64,000 nucleotides of DNA, from NCBI GenBank assembly GCA_050950145.1, contig JBMNHB010000001.1, positions 556,820 to 620,819 on the forward strand. The letters are read 5' to 3'. The notes under the pieces were generated by a model. The model was not told the origin of the DNA, ran no database searches, and saw only the letters and a program-made list of their open reading frames with translations. A program made the translations under genes and the position numbers. Source of the DNA: Candidatus Dojkabacteria bacterium (GTDB lineage Bacteria; Patescibacteriota; Dojkabacteria; SC72). Below are positions 40,293 to 50,824 of the stretch, piece after piece (the stretch's first letter is position 1; every line of letters begins with the position of its first letter).

Positions 40293-41179
40293 TTCAATAT
40301 ACTTTGTGTTGTCTTAAAACTCACCTTTGCTACTTTACTTAACTCATCCATACCATGCTTTGCTAAAAATTCTTTAGCAGAGGGAATAACATTTGATGCA
40401 CCCTTAGGAAAAGAGAAATAGTAACTATCACTCATCTTCTGCATCTCTTCTAAAAATATTGCTCTTGCAAAAACAGATGCACAAGCAACTGCAATATCAG
40501 ACTCACCTTTGTGATACTGTTCAAACTCCACACTTTTACCCAAAGTACCTAATTCGTCCCTCACCCTATTCTGCTTACTTGAAAACTGATCAATTACAAC
40601 TTTCTTACACTCAATATTTTTCTCTTTTAAATCTTCTAATGCCATCTCAATTACTTTAGAATGTTGCTTTGCAAGAAGTATTGCCACATTACCTGTATCC
40701 TTTATCAATCTGTTGTATTCCTCAGGAGAAACAATTGATGGATAGTAGTAAGGATAATCCTTCATCTGCTCATATATCTTCATTATCTTCCCATCAGAAA
40801 ACTTCTTAGAATCCCCTACTCCAATATCTATAAATTTCTTAACAGATTCCTCATTAACAAAACAAGCAACAACTACAAGTGGACCAAAGTAATCACCCTT
40901 CCCTACCTCATCAACACCGATATGAGGCTTCACAGCAACTTCTTTTGTTTCAAGACCTTGCTTCACCTTAGCAACTATCTCATCAAAATCTTCTTTACCT
41001 TGAAAAACTAACTTCCTACTTGTATAGAGAATTGCAACTGACCCATTATCATTCTCCATCCTAAATACCACATACTCATTCTCCATCGGTTCTTTTGTCC
41101 AACCAGCATCTCTAAAGGTTTTCTCCAAACCTAGACATTCATCTAGACTTAATTGTACTGAAACTGTATTTTGCATCAT
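40289..41179 (-). CDS. rnhC: Ribonuclease HIII
   Basis: TBP-like N-terminal domain (LVFQG), GVDEVGKGDYFGP, DSKK, IDQF. Confidence 0.9.
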   Translation of the reverse strand: MMQNTVSVQLSLDECLGLEKTFRDAGWTKEPMENEYVVFRMENDNGSVAILYTSRKLVFQGKEDFDEIVAKVKQGLETKEVAVKPHIGVDEVGKGDYFGPLVVVACFVNEESVKKFIDIGVGDSKKFSDGKIMKIYEQMKDYPYYYPSIVSPEEYNRLIKDTGNVAILLAKQHSKVIEMALEDLKEKNIECKKVVIDQFSSKQNRVRDELGTLGKSVEFEQYHKGESDIAVACASVFARAIFLEEMQKMSDSYYFSFPKGASNVIPSAKEFLAKHGMDELSKVAKVSFKTTQSILK

Positions 41180-42627
41180 ATTTTACTCACAATTTGACCA
41201 TCAGGAGTATCTGAAACAACATATCCCATCTCCTTTATCTCATCTCTTACCTTATCTGCCAATTCATAGTCCTTTTCCTGTTTTGCTTTCAATCTTTTCT
41301 CCAAAAGCTCATCTAATTTCGCACTATCACCTTCGGAATATCCTTCCTCCTTTTTAATATCATCCAAACCTAATCCTAAGACTTTATCAAAATCTAATAC
41401 CGTTGCTAATATATCCTCCTGTTTGTTATCAGATTTAATCATCTCATTTACCAAAGCTAACACTCCAGATATGTTTAGATTATTTCTTAACTCCTTTTTA
41501 AAAGCTTCTACATATTCAGGAAGAACCTTTCCTTTCTTTGTACCCAACTCTACAACCTTTTTCTCTAATGCCAGTCTTGAATTTCTAGCACCATCTAATG
41601 CTTCAAGAGAAAAATTCATCTTTACTCTGTAACCAACCGAGATGAAAAGATATCTAACATCCATTGGGTCATATCCTAATTCTAAAACTTCAGGTAATGT
41701 GTCTGCTCCCTTGCTCTTTGAAAGCTTTTCATTATCTTTGTTTACCAACCATTCATTATGTACCCAATATTTCACAACTGGATGTCCAAAAGCACCTATA
41801 TTCTGTGCTCTTTCATTTGCATGATGTACTGGAATATGATCAATACCTCCTGTATGAATATCAAAGTTCTCTCCTAAGATTGCTGTACCCATTGCAGAAC
41901 ATTCAATATGCCAACCTGGGAATCCATCGCCCCATGGAGATGACCAATTCATCAAATGATCTTCATACTTTCCAACTTTTTTCATCCAAAGAACAAAGTC
42001 AGCGGGATTTCTCTTGTCAGGATCAACTCCTACCTCTTCCCTTACACCAACATCCTTCTCTTCCAACTTCTGACCTGTGAAGATTGTATAGTCAGGAACC
42101 TTTGTTACATCAAAGTATATCGCTTGGTCTGTCTCATATGTATATCCCCTCTCCTCCATTCTCTTAATTATCTCAATCATTTCTTGAATATATTCAGTTG
42201 CTCTTGTCCACCCATACTCTGAAACATTCTCATGATTCAAATCTTCAGGAATCTCCTCTCCATTCGGAGCAAGAATATGTAGTGCTCTGTAATCATCAAG
42301 GACGGAATTTATATATTTGTTTGCAATATCAATAGGTTCTACACCCTCCTTCTCTGCCTGTCTATCCATCTTGTCCTCACCAAAGTCATCACCAAAATCA
42401 TCTTGTGATGTCATATGTCCAACATCAGTGATATTCATCACCCTATTCACCTTGTATCCTAAATACAACAATGCTCTGTGAAGAATATCCCAGTTTACAT
42501 ATGCCCTAATATTTCCCAGATGCATACGGTAGTAAACAGTAGGTCCACAGTTATACATAGATATCACACCCTCCTCATTCGGCTCTATTTCAACAATCTT
42601 TTTGTCTAATGTAGAGTAAAGTTTCAT
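41176..42627 (-). CDS. cysS: Cysteine--tRNA ligase
   Basis: CGPTVY, HLGN, PGWHIECS, KLSKS. Confidence 0.96.
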   Translation of the reverse strand: MKLYSTLDKKIVEIEPNEEGVISMYNCGPTVYYRMHLGNIRAYVNWDILHRALLYLGYKVNRVMNITDVGHMTSQDDFGDDFGEDKMDRQAEKEGVEPIDIANKYINSVLDDYRALHILAPNGEEIPEDLNHENVSEYGWTRATEYIQEMIEIIKRMEERGYTYETDQAIYFDVTKVPDYTIFTGQKLEEKDVGVREEVGVDPDKRNPADFVLWMKKVGKYEDHLMNWSSPWGDGFPGWHIECSAMGTAILGENFDIHTGGIDHIPVHHANERAQNIGAFGHPVVKYWVHNEWLVNKDNEKLSKSKGADTLPEVLELGYDPMDVRYLFISVGYRVKMNFSLEALDGARNSRLALEKKVVELGTKKGKVLPEYVEAFKKELRNNLNISGVLALVNEMIKSDNKQEDILATVLDFDKVLGLGLDDIKKEEGYSEGDSAKLDELLEKRLKAKQEKDYELADKVRDEIKEMGYVVSDTPDGQIVSKI

Positions 42628-43250
42628 TAAAAATCCCTCCTTCCCTCCAATGCTTTCTTTAAAGTTAATCTGTCAGCATATTCAAGGTCAGCACCTGTAG
42701 GTAACCCCATTGCTAACCTTGTTATCTTTAGTTTACCTTCTTTTAGTTGAGTTTTAAACAGGTCATATATATAACTAGCTGTAGCCTCACCTTCCAAACT
42801 AGGATTTGTTGCAATGATAATTTCTAAACTGTCCACCTCTTCTAATAATTCAACAACCCTCGCTTTCAATTCTTTGAATCTTAATTCCTCCGATGTAATA
42901 CCATCTGCTGGAGAGATTACACCACCAAGTACAAAATATATTCCGTCATATACTCCTGAATTCTCAAAAGCCACAACATCCAATGGTTCTTCAACCACAC
43001 ATATCCTATCTTTTTTTCTTAATGGACTAGAACAGATATTACATTCTTCCTGATCGGAAACATTAAAACACTTCTTACAGTTAACAACACTCTCATCCAT
43101 CTCCACAAGAGCATTAGCCAGTTTAGTGGCATCTTTGTTAGGAGACCTTAGATAGTGATATGCCATCCTTGATGCAGACTTAGGTCCCACACCAGGTAAT
43201 CTACCAAACTCCTCTATTACTTTTTCAACACTTTTGGGTAATACTGTCAT
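42627..43250 (-). CDS. recR: Recombination protein RecR
   Basis: LPGVGPKSA, C4 zinc finger, Toprim domain. Confidence 0.96.
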   Translation of the reverse strand: MTVLPKSVEKVIEEFGRLPGVGPKSASRMAYHYLRSPNKDATKLANALVEMDESVVNCKKCFNVSDQEECNICSSPLRKKDRICVVEEPLDVVAFENSGVYDGIYFVLGGVISPADGITSEELRFKELKARVVELLEEVDSLEIIIATNPSLEGEATASYIYDLFKTQLKEGKLKITRLAMGLPTGADLEYADRLTLKKALEGRRDF

Positions 43251-43253
43251 ATT

Positions 43254-43553
43254 CTATTTTCCAAACATACTTTTTATCTGATCTAAATCCATGTCTTGAA
43301 CCATCTCTTTCTGTAGTTTCTTCTGATAGTCTTTGAATGCCTCCTTAAAACCTTTTTTAATCTGATCCATCATATCTGGGTCTAGATAATCTTCATCAAT
43401 ATATACATCCTCAAATTCCTGTGCCCCGTTCATGTATATTCTAACCATACCATTCTTAGACTCACCTTTTATCTTCTTCTCTCTTAATCTGCTCTGCATT
43501 TTTTTAGCTTCATTCTGCATCTTTATTAGTTCCATTGGATTTGGTAACCCCAT
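43254..43553 (-). CDS. ybaB: YbaB/EbfC nucleoid-associated protein
   Basis: Size, motif G.S.NGMV.I.MNG, dnaX-ybaB-recR synteny. Confidence 0.85.
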   Translation of the reverse strand: MGLPNPMELIKMQNEAKKMQSRLREKKIKGESKNGMVRIYMNGAQEFEDVYIDEDYLDPDMMDQIKKGFKEAFKDYQKKLQKEMVQDMDLDQIKSMFGK

Positions 43554-43616
43554 ATATTTAAAAACAAAAAATTTATATATCCATTGGTATTATACATGAA
43601 AAAAGGGGAGAATATT

Positions 43617-43824
43617 AGGTCTGGCCTAGGCCTGCCCCCAGTTAAGAAAGTTTTAATCTTAAGGATTATGCCCTCCCCAAAAGGTCTCCTGACCCTCGGC
43701 ACTGGTAGAATGTACGAGTTACAAGTACAGACACAGGAACAGCCACCCCAAAAAAGGTTTGTCAGAAATAAAGATTTTGGACTTTTAAAAAGTTATGAAC
43801 GAAGGTCAGACCTAGGTCAGGCCT
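43617..43824. mobile_element. REPIN/MITE-like 208-bp element with tandem-palindrome inverted ends
   Basis: Left AGGTCTGGCCTAGGCCTG, right AGGTCAGACCTAGGTCAGGCCT; GC-richer than other intergenic DNA; splits dnaX from ybaB. Confidence 0.6.
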
Positions 43825-43834
43825 GTTAAACCCA

Positions 43835-45403
43835 CTACACCCCCTCAAATATTGCTTCTATAGCTTTCATCTTACTACTATCCTCCTTAGGTTTGTACTC
43901 TTTCTTTGGTTTCTCAGAAGGTTTAGGTGTTGGTAAATTCCTTAAAACAGTATCAGCATCAGACTTCTCAACAGGCCTCATATCAGGATTAATATCACAA
44001 TCTATAACACATGGTACACCGTAAACTTTCATGAACACCTCTGCGATTACATTCCTACTCTTTGGAATCTCTATCCTTTCTTTGTGAAATGAAAACGGTA
44101 CTTCAATATGTAAAATTCCCTGTTCAAAGGAGATGACATGGGCAGTACCTACAAAAGCATAAAGATGATGGTTATGGGGTCTAATCTCATCTATAAATTG
44201 ATCCCATTTACTCTTTATCTCTTCTAGTGTCACCTCTTTATCCTCAACTGGTTGTTTTAATGGAGTTTCTTTTTTCTCTTCTTCCTGTACGGGTATTTTC
44301 TTCTTCACATCCCTATTCACCATCTTTATCTCCGTACTCACATTTGGTTTCATCATTTCTGGAATAATCATCTCTAATACTAATAGTTGGTTATTCGCGT
44401 ATCTAAGTTTGTTTTCTGCATCCAAGAACAAATTAATTAACTTATGCAATTCTTTAATATCAACATCTTTCATGAATGGAAAATCTTTCTCTACAGTCCC
44501 CTTTATCTTTGCAGTTAAAACTCTTCTAAGAGTATCTAAAACATATGCAGTAAATTGCTGAAGATTAACACCTCCCTGCTCCAATCCTTCAAGTGTTTCT
44601 AATGCCTTACCTCCATCTCCATCCAAAAGACTAGTTAGAAGAAGTATTACTTTCTCAGAATCTGGTAATCCTAATGTCTTTCTTACCTCATCTAATGTGA
44701 TTTCAGACTTATCATGTTCCTGACCACTATAGACAACATCCATTAAAGAAAGAGCATCTCTGTAACTACCTTTTGCATTCTGCACAACAACATCTAACGC
44801 TTCATCCTGGATAGTAATCTTTTCTTCTTTACATATACCCTTAATTAAATCTCTGATTTCATCATCTGTACCAAGTCTAAAGTCATATCTCTGACATCTT
44901 GAAAGAATTGTAGGAGGTAATTTATGTACATCAGTTGTAGCTAAGATAAAAATTACATGTGCTGGAGGCTCTTCAAGAGTCTTTAGAAGTGCATTGAACG
45001 CCTCTGTGGTTAACATATGCACTTCATCAATGATATATACTTTGTATCTACCCTCAGTTGGTGAAAATTCTATCTTCTCTTTCAGTTCTCTAATCTGATC
45101 AATACCTCTATTTGATGCTGCATCAATTTCAATTAAATCTAAGAATGTACCATTGGCTATTGATTTACAGTTATCACACTCCAAACATGGATTCCCATCC
45201 TTCTTAGGTTCTAAACAGTTTATTGCTTTTGCCAATATTCTTGCTGTTGATGTCTTCCCTGTACCTCTTGAACCAACAAAGAGATATGCATGAGCTAACT
45301 GATTCTTCTTAACAGCATTTTTAAGCAGTTTAGTAACATTATCCTGACCTTTTAACTGATCAAAATCCTGTGATCTATATTTTTGATAGAGTACAGTAGA
45401 CAT
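43835..45403 (-). CDS. dnaX: DNA polymerase III subunit gamma/tau
   Basis: GSRGTGKTS, EIDAASNRG, IDEVHML, SRC. Confidence 0.96.
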   Translation of the reverse strand: MSTVLYQKYRSQDFDQLKGQDNVTKLLKNAVKKNQLAHAYLFVGSRGTGKTSTARILAKAINCLEPKKDGNPCLECDNCKSIANGTFLDLIEIDAASNRGIDQIRELKEKIEFSPTEGRYKVYIIDEVHMLTTEAFNALLKTLEEPPAHVIFILATTDVHKLPPTILSRCQRYDFRLGTDDEIRDLIKGICKEEKITIQDEALDVVVQNAKGSYRDALSLMDVVYSGQEHDKSEITLDEVRKTLGLPDSEKVILLLTSLLDGDGGKALETLEGLEQGGVNLQQFTAYVLDTLRRVLTAKIKGTVEKDFPFMKDVDIKELHKLINLFLDAENKLRYANNQLLVLEMIIPEMMKPNVSTEIKMVNRDVKKKIPVQEEEKKETPLKQPVEDKEVTLEEIKSKWDQFIDEIRPHNHHLYAFVGTAHVISFEQGILHIEVPFSFHKERIEIPKSRNVIAEVFMKVYGVPCVIDCDINPDMRPVEKSDADTVLRNLPTPKPSEKPKKEYKPKEDSSKMKAIEAIFEGV

Positions 45404-45498
45404 ATATCAGATATTAATCTAAAAATTCACCTTTGCCAAGTGAAAATTAATTACCCACCCTTAATTAACTAAGGATTTTTCTTGTACATTATTGACGA

Positions 45499-47337
45499 TT
45501 ACCTTTTTACTACCCTCTTTTCAAAACCTTCTCTTCTTTTTTGTACTAATTTACCATTAACTAAAGAATATGTATCACTTAACCATGTCCAACCTAAACC
45601 TACAAATAATATGATAGCTCCCATTGTTACAATATTTTCAGATTCATCAAAAAGACCTGTTTTAGGTTGTTCTGGTATATCTGAAGGAATAGTTGGAGAT
45701 GGGGTTGGTGTCGGAGATGGAGTTGGAGTCAGAGTTTGATTACAGAGACATTCTGTAAGAGCATCTGTTTCAATTGTTGAACCATCTGGCTTAGTTGCAA
45801 TTACAGTATTTTTATATGTACCAAAATTTTCTTTAGCTACAGTTATTTTGTAGGTAAATAGTTTCTCCTCATTTTTCTTAAGCACAAGAGGTGGATTAAA
45901 TACCCAAGTAATCTTACCATTTGCATATACTCCACCATCTGATATCTCTGTTGGATTAGAAACTGTTTTGTTGTTATCTAGAGTGTCAACTATCTTAGCA
46001 ACTGCACCATCTCCCTCTCCATTATTTGATAATTTTATAGTATATGAGAGGACAGCATATGGGTTGTCAGTATCTTCATTGAAACACTGAGATGATCCTA
46101 CTTTTGTTAATACTAAATCAGCTGGCGAAGCAATATCACAAGTACACATTACTGTCGCATCAGCTTCCATTGTAGTATCATCTCCCTTTGTTACAACAAC
46201 TTGATTATCGTAAGTACCAAAGTTCTCTTTAGAAACATTAATCTTATATGTAAACTTCTTCTCGCCATTAGCTGCTATCTTTAATGGAGTAGAAAATGTC
46301 CAGGTTATCTTACCATTTGCATATACTCCACCATCTGATATCTCAACAGGAGATGACACTACTTTACTATCTAATGTGTCAACAATACTCTTTATCTCTC
46401 CATCACCATCACCTGTATTTTTTACTGTAATTGTATATATAAGTATTCCTCTAGGATCTACTGCATTATTATCAGAGTAACGACATAAGGATTCTCCAGA
46501 TTTTGCAACACTTAAATCTGCTGATTTTGGAGGTGCTGGAGGTTCCTCAACATCAACAGCAATAATTAAGAAGTAATCATTAAAATCGTAGTCTCCTACC
46601 CACTCCATCCAATCTGCCCAACATTGTTGACTAATTATCTTATGTCCTGTATCTTTCACCCAATTAATATCTGCCAAAACAGATGGCTTCCCAAATCTAC
46701 AACATTGCTGTTGCTGAGGTGGTCCCCAAAAACCTGACCCACATGTATTATCGCTGTTAGGATTAATCCACCCTAAGGATGAGTATTGATCTATATTACT
46801 TCCGCAACCCGGTGCAAAGCTTCCAGACCCATTTGTAACATCAGAATCTATTGTAATAACATCTCCTCCTTTCACCTCAATATTCGTTTCTTTGACCTGT
46901 CTCCTATTCCCATCTAAACTATTCATCACAAAAGACTGCCCATTTATCTTGAACCGCGCATACATCGACCCTTCCAAGCTTTTATAATACAGAACTAATT
47001 TCCCTGTCGTATCAGCAGGAATTGTTATCTTAGAAGGAATAGAATAGCCTGAAAGCATATCACCTCTTGCAGATCCAAGAATCACCCCATTTTGATAGTA
47101 AGGTCTACCTGCATTTTTCCATGCAATTAAATCATTTATGGGTTTTTCACCACAACCACCAGCACAACTTCTACACTCAGATGTTTTGTCACTAGCCTCA
47201 CTACTAGTAGGAGAAATCGCACTCTGTTGATTAACTCTCCATAATAGATAACCGCCTGTTCCTACTACTACTAGAAACAATATTGATAATAATATGATAG
47301 CTGTTTTCCTACTCCCACTAAATCTCATACTAGCCAT
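45499..47337 (-). CDS. Surface protein with two DUF11-like Ig domains, N-terminal TM and xPxTG+TM C-terminus
   Basis: GGYLLWRVNQ, YTITVKNTG repeats (38-bp exact DNA repeat at 45911 and 46307), QPKTGLFD. Confidence 0.75.
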   Translation of the reverse strand: MASMRFSGSRKTAIILLSILFLVVVGTGGYLLWRVNQQSAISPTSSEASDKTSECRSCAGGCGEKPINDLIAWKNAGRPYYQNGVILGSARGDMLSGYSIPSKITIPADTTGKLVLYYKSLEGSMYARFKINGQSFVMNSLDGNRRQVKETNIEVKGGDVITIDSDVTNGSGSFAPGCGSNIDQYSSLGWINPNSDNTCGSGFWGPPQQQQCCRFGKPSVLADINWVKDTGHKIISQQCWADWMEWVGDYDFNDYFLIIAVDVEEPPAPPKSADLSVAKSGESLCRYSDNNAVDPRGILIYTITVKNTGDGDGEIKSIVDTLDSKVVSSPVEISDGGVYANGKITWTFSTPLKIAANGEKKFTYKINVSKENFGTYDNQVVVTKGDDTTMEADATVMCTCDIASPADLVLTKVGSSQCFNEDTDNPYAVLSYTIKLSNNGEGDGAVAKIVDTLDNNKTVSNPTEISDGGVYANGKITWVFNPPLVLKKNEEKLFTYKITVAKENFGTYKNTVIATKPDGSTIETDALTECLCNQTLTPTPSPTPTPSPTIPSDIPEQPKTGLFDESENIVTMGAIILFVGLGWTWLSDTYSLVNGKLVQKRREGFEKRVVKR

Positions 47338-47421
47338 AATATATATGGTTTAAATAATTTCTCTTTACATATAGTACACAAACTAACAACCTATTACAAG
47401 TAGAAAGTTATATAAAAAGTA

Positions 47422-49821
47422 TTACTGAATTAACTTACTCACTGCCTCTGCCAACATTTGTGAATAAAGACCATAACCAACAGAATTAATAGCTCCAGAT
47501 TGATTTTTTCCAAGTATATCTCCAGCTCCCCTAATTTCTAAATCTCTGTTTGAAAGAAGAAAACCTGATCCTAATTCCTGCGAATTTTTTAAAGCTTCTA
47601 ATCTAAGAGCTGAATTTCCTCTAAGAGAATTATAAAAGAAGTAAGCATACGCTTGTTTCTCAGACCTACCAATTCTTCCACGAATCTGATACATCTGTGC
47701 AAGACCTAACATAGTAGCATCATCTACTATCAAAGTATTAACATTTGGAATATCTAGTCCATTCTCAATTATCGTAGTACAAACTAAAATCTTGGACTCC
47801 CCTTCTACAAACTTCTGCATATTTTTAGATAAAGTTTGAACATTCATCTGACCATGAACCACAGTCACATTCGCTTGTGGGAACATCTTGTCCAATTTCT
47901 CAAACACATTATCTATTGTTTCTACTCGGTTATGTAAAAAGTAAACCTGCCCTTTTCTACTAAGTTCTTTTGTAATGACATCTTTAACAACATCCCAATC
48001 AAACTTACCAAAGTGATTCTCTATCTCAATTCTTCCTGCAGGAGGTGTAGCTAACACAGAGATATCCCTAATTCCAAGTAATGCCATATTCAAGGTTCTA
48101 GGAATTGGTGTTGCTGTAAGAGAGAGTACATTAGTATTCAATTTCTTCCCCTTTATCTTCTCCTTCTGCTTTACCCCAAACTTCTGTTCCTCATCTACTA
48201 CAAGTAAACCTAAGTTTTTAAACTGTACACTGTCACTTAACAAAGCATGTGTACCAACAACAATATCTACAACTCCACTCTTTAATTCTTCAATTACCTT
48301 TTGTTTCTCCTTCTCTCCTACAATCCTAGAAAGTGCTTTGATAGTAAAAGGTGTATTCCTAAACCTATCTTTCAATACTGCATAGTGTTGTTCAACAAGA
48401 ATTGTTGTTGGAGCAAGAAGTGCCACTTGAAAACCTGAATTTGCCACTGCATACATTGCTCTTGTAGCAATCTCTGTCTTACCATACCCTACATCACCTA
48501 CAAGTAATCTATCCATAGGCTTACCTTTCTGAAAATCCTCTACTAAATGCTTTGTGGCAAGTAACTGATCATCAGTATCTTTGAATTGAAAGCTATCTAC
48601 AAAATGCTCAAATTCATCTATCTCTGCCTCATCTGTAAGAAAAGGATTAATATCAACTGTCTCTCTAAGTGCATACAATTGAAGTAACTCCTTTGCAATA
48701 TCCTCAGCTCTCTCCTTAGCTTTCTTAGAAATCCTTCTCCACGTCCCACTATTCAATCCAGTTAGAATTGGTTTAGCTTTCCCAGCACCAATATATTTAG
48801 TTAACTTCTGTGATGCACTAAGAGGCACAAACAACTTATCTTCTCCTGCATACGCTATCTGAATGTAGTAGCCTCCTTCTCTCTGTTGTAGATCCACATA
48901 TTTACCAATACCGTGATCTTCATGCACAACAAAGTCTCCCGGAATGATTTTCTTAAGTATCTCAACAGAACCTGGATCCATATTGATATTCTTTTCCCAA
49001 AATTCAGAGAGATCTAACTCTCCTAACACTTCCATATCTGTTAAAACAAGAAGTTTACCTGCATTAAAAACAAAACCTTTCTTTACAATATTCTTGTATC
49101 TATCATTCAGAAGAAAAACCTCATCTATGGACTCCTTTAGAGACTTCTCTGTCTCAAGTTCATACCTATCTAGATTATTTGTCAGATACAGCACCTCATA
49201 TTCCCTTGTTTTGAAGTTTTTGACTATCTCCTGAGTAACATGAACAGACGAGAACACCTCTATACCCGGAATAGTACGTATTCCAAGGTTTACAACCTCA
49301 CTGGAGGTCAGACCTAGGCCAGGCCTCACAGAAATCCTTACCTGATCCTCTGCCTCTTCATTTCCTACAAGAAGTTGGCTGGTGGAGTCTATGAACGACT
49401 TACTCTGTACACTCTCAATCTTCTTCCTACTAGTACTCTCCACGATATCTATACTCTCCACTTTCTTACCAAACAGACTCAGTCTTACAATATTCTTCAT
49501 ACTAAAAGGCCATACTATGACAATATCTCCCAATACTGCATACTCTCCTTCATCCCATACTCTCTCAACTCTTGTATATCCTAAATCTACAAATGAGGAA
49601 GGATTAAAAGTATCTCCCACTTTAACAGTAAGAAGACTCTTCTCTTTCTCATCTGGTTCTTCTGAGGTAGAGAGCCACACAGTTTTACCCAGAAGTACAC
49701 CCAAAAGCTCTGCTGTAAGCTCAAAGTAACCTTCATCAACATCCGTTACAACCTTTTTGTCTAGAATATCCTGCTTTAACTCTTTAGTATTGGATATTAA
49801 TTTTTCACTTAAGCTATCCAT
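47422..49821 (-). CDS. mfd: Transcription-repair coupling factor, shortened
   Basis: CarD/RID domain (PGDFVVHEDHGIG), GDVGYGKT, DEEQKFG, TATPIPRT, DLEIRGAG. Confidence 0.9.
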   Translation of the reverse strand: MDSLSEKLISNTKELKQDILDKKVVTDVDEGYFELTAELLGVLLGKTVWLSTSEEPDEKEKSLLTVKVGDTFNPSSFVDLGYTRVERVWDEGEYAVLGDIVIVWPFSMKNIVRLSLFGKKVESIDIVESTSRKKIESVQSKSFIDSTSQLLVGNEEAEDQVRISVRPGLGLTSSEVVNLGIRTIPGIEVFSSVHVTQEIVKNFKTREYEVLYLTNNLDRYELETEKSLKESIDEVFLLNDRYKNIVKKGFVFNAGKLLVLTDMEVLGELDLSEFWEKNINMDPGSVEILKKIIPGDFVVHEDHGIGKYVDLQQREGGYYIQIAYAGEDKLFVPLSASQKLTKYIGAGKAKPILTGLNSGTWRRISKKAKERAEDIAKELLQLYALRETVDINPFLTDEAEIDEFEHFVDSFQFKDTDDQLLATKHLVEDFQKGKPMDRLLVGDVGYGKTEIATRAMYAVANSGFQVALLAPTTILVEQHYAVLKDRFRNTPFTIKALSRIVGEKEKQKVIEELKSGVVDIVVGTHALLSDSVQFKNLGLLVVDEEQKFGVKQKEKIKGKKLNTNVLSLTATPIPRTLNMALLGIRDISVLATPPAGRIEIENHFGKFDWDVVKDVITKELSRKGQVYFLHNRVETIDNVFEKLDKMFPQANVTVVHGQMNVQTLSKNMQKFVEGESKILVCTTIIENGLDIPNVNTLIVDDATMLGLAQMYQIRGRIGRSEKQAYAYFFYNSLRGNSALRLEALKNSQELGSGFLLSNRDLEIRGAGDILGKNQSGAINSVGYGLYSQMLAEAVSKLIQ
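49304..49327. repeat. Tandem palindrome read in frame within mfd
   Basis: GAGGTCAGACCTAGGCCAGGCCTC; 21/22 match to 43803-43824; encodes RPGLGLT. Confidence 0.7.
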
Positions 49822-49831
49822 ATATTTGAAA

Positions 49832-50395
49832 TTACAGAAGTATTTCTGGAAGAATTGTATTTACAACATCATCAATTACTTCATCAAGTACTATCTGTTC
49901 ATCTTTTGTAAAATTCATCAGTACAAAATCTTCTCCAGGGATGTTTTTTTCAATTCTACTCTCAATTCCTACTCTTACTCTTTGAAACTTAGTTGTTTGA
50001 AGAATCTTTTCTACATCTGCTACTCCATTATGTCCTTTTGGAGATTTACTCTTTTGTATTTTGTATTTACCAAAAGGAATATCTAAATCATCATGAATTA
50101 GTATGAAGTTCTCTTCTAACTTCTCAATGTCATATTTTTTAATAACCTTACTTACTGCTTGTCCTGAGTTATTCATATATGTGAGAGGTTTTTGGAGTAT
50201 CGCTATAACCTTGGAACCTTGTTTAAGAAAGGACATCTCAGACATGAATGTTTTTTCTTCTTCCCAATCAGTTACGGTGTAGTTTTTTTGAAAAAGAAAT
50301 CTTTCTCTTAATCTGTCTAATACAAGAAAACCTACATTATGTCTATTCTTTTGATATTTTTTACCTGGATTGCCCAGCCCTGTTATTAATTTCAT
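49832..50395 (-). CDS. pth: Peptidyl-tRNA hydrolase
   Basis: GLGNPG, RHNVG, YMNNSG, HDDLD, GHNG. Confidence 0.96.
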   Translation of the reverse strand: MKLITGLGNPGKKYQKNRHNVGFLVLDRLRERFLFQKNYTVTDWEEEKTFMSEMSFLKQGSKVIAILQKPLTYMNNSGQAVSKVIKKYDIEKLEENFILIHDDLDIPFGKYKIQKSKSPKGHNGVADVEKILQTTKFQRVRVGIESRIEKNIPGEDFVLMNFTKDEQIVLDEVIDDVVNTILPEILL

Positions 50396-50822
50396 TAAGT
50401 ATATTCTGCAATATATTCTCCTGTTTTACAAACATTTCTTCTTTTTCATTTTCTTTGGTAAATTCACTTACATGATTATATCCTAAAATATGTAGTATTC
50501 CATGAACAATATTTCTAAGTATTTCTTCTTGAAATTTTTCAATAGGAATGTTTTCTAAAATATATTTTGGACAAATATATACTTCTCCAACTAATGGCTT
50601 TGTATTAAGGGTGAATGATAACACATCTGTAACAGAGTCTATACCTCTGTACTGCATATTAAGGTCTTGTATATACTCCTTACTAGTAAAGATTATACCC
50701 ACACTAGAAATATTGTATTCAGAAAAGTGTTTTTTTAATATTTTTTCTAAATCAGAAGATGAGAAAGAAAGCTTAGGATAAAGCTTTTTTAATGTATTCC
50801 AATGCGATATTTCTACTAACAT
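50361..50822 (-). CDS. ybeY: rRNA maturation endoribonuclease YbeY
   Basis: TDVLSF, HGILHILGYNH. Confidence 0.93.
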   Translation of the reverse strand: MLVEISHWNTLKKLYPKLSFSSSDLEKILKKHFSEYNISSVGIIFTSKEYIQDLNMQYRGIDSVTDVLSFTLNTKPLVGEVYICPKYILENIPIEKFQEEILRNIVHGILHILGYNHVSEFTKENEKEEMFVKQENILQNILNEINNRAGQSR

Positions 50823-50824
50823 AT

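Noticed and set aside
43584-43829. 81-aa plus-strand ORF; also SRP RNA near dnaX
   Set aside because: The ORF simply spans the repeat element and has no RBS or motif; no SRP domain IV GNRA/AGCAG motif is seen
45911-46344. 38-bp exact repeat as a DGR or recombination site
   Set aside because: Explained by an in-frame domain duplication; no reverse transcriptase or A-specific mismatches
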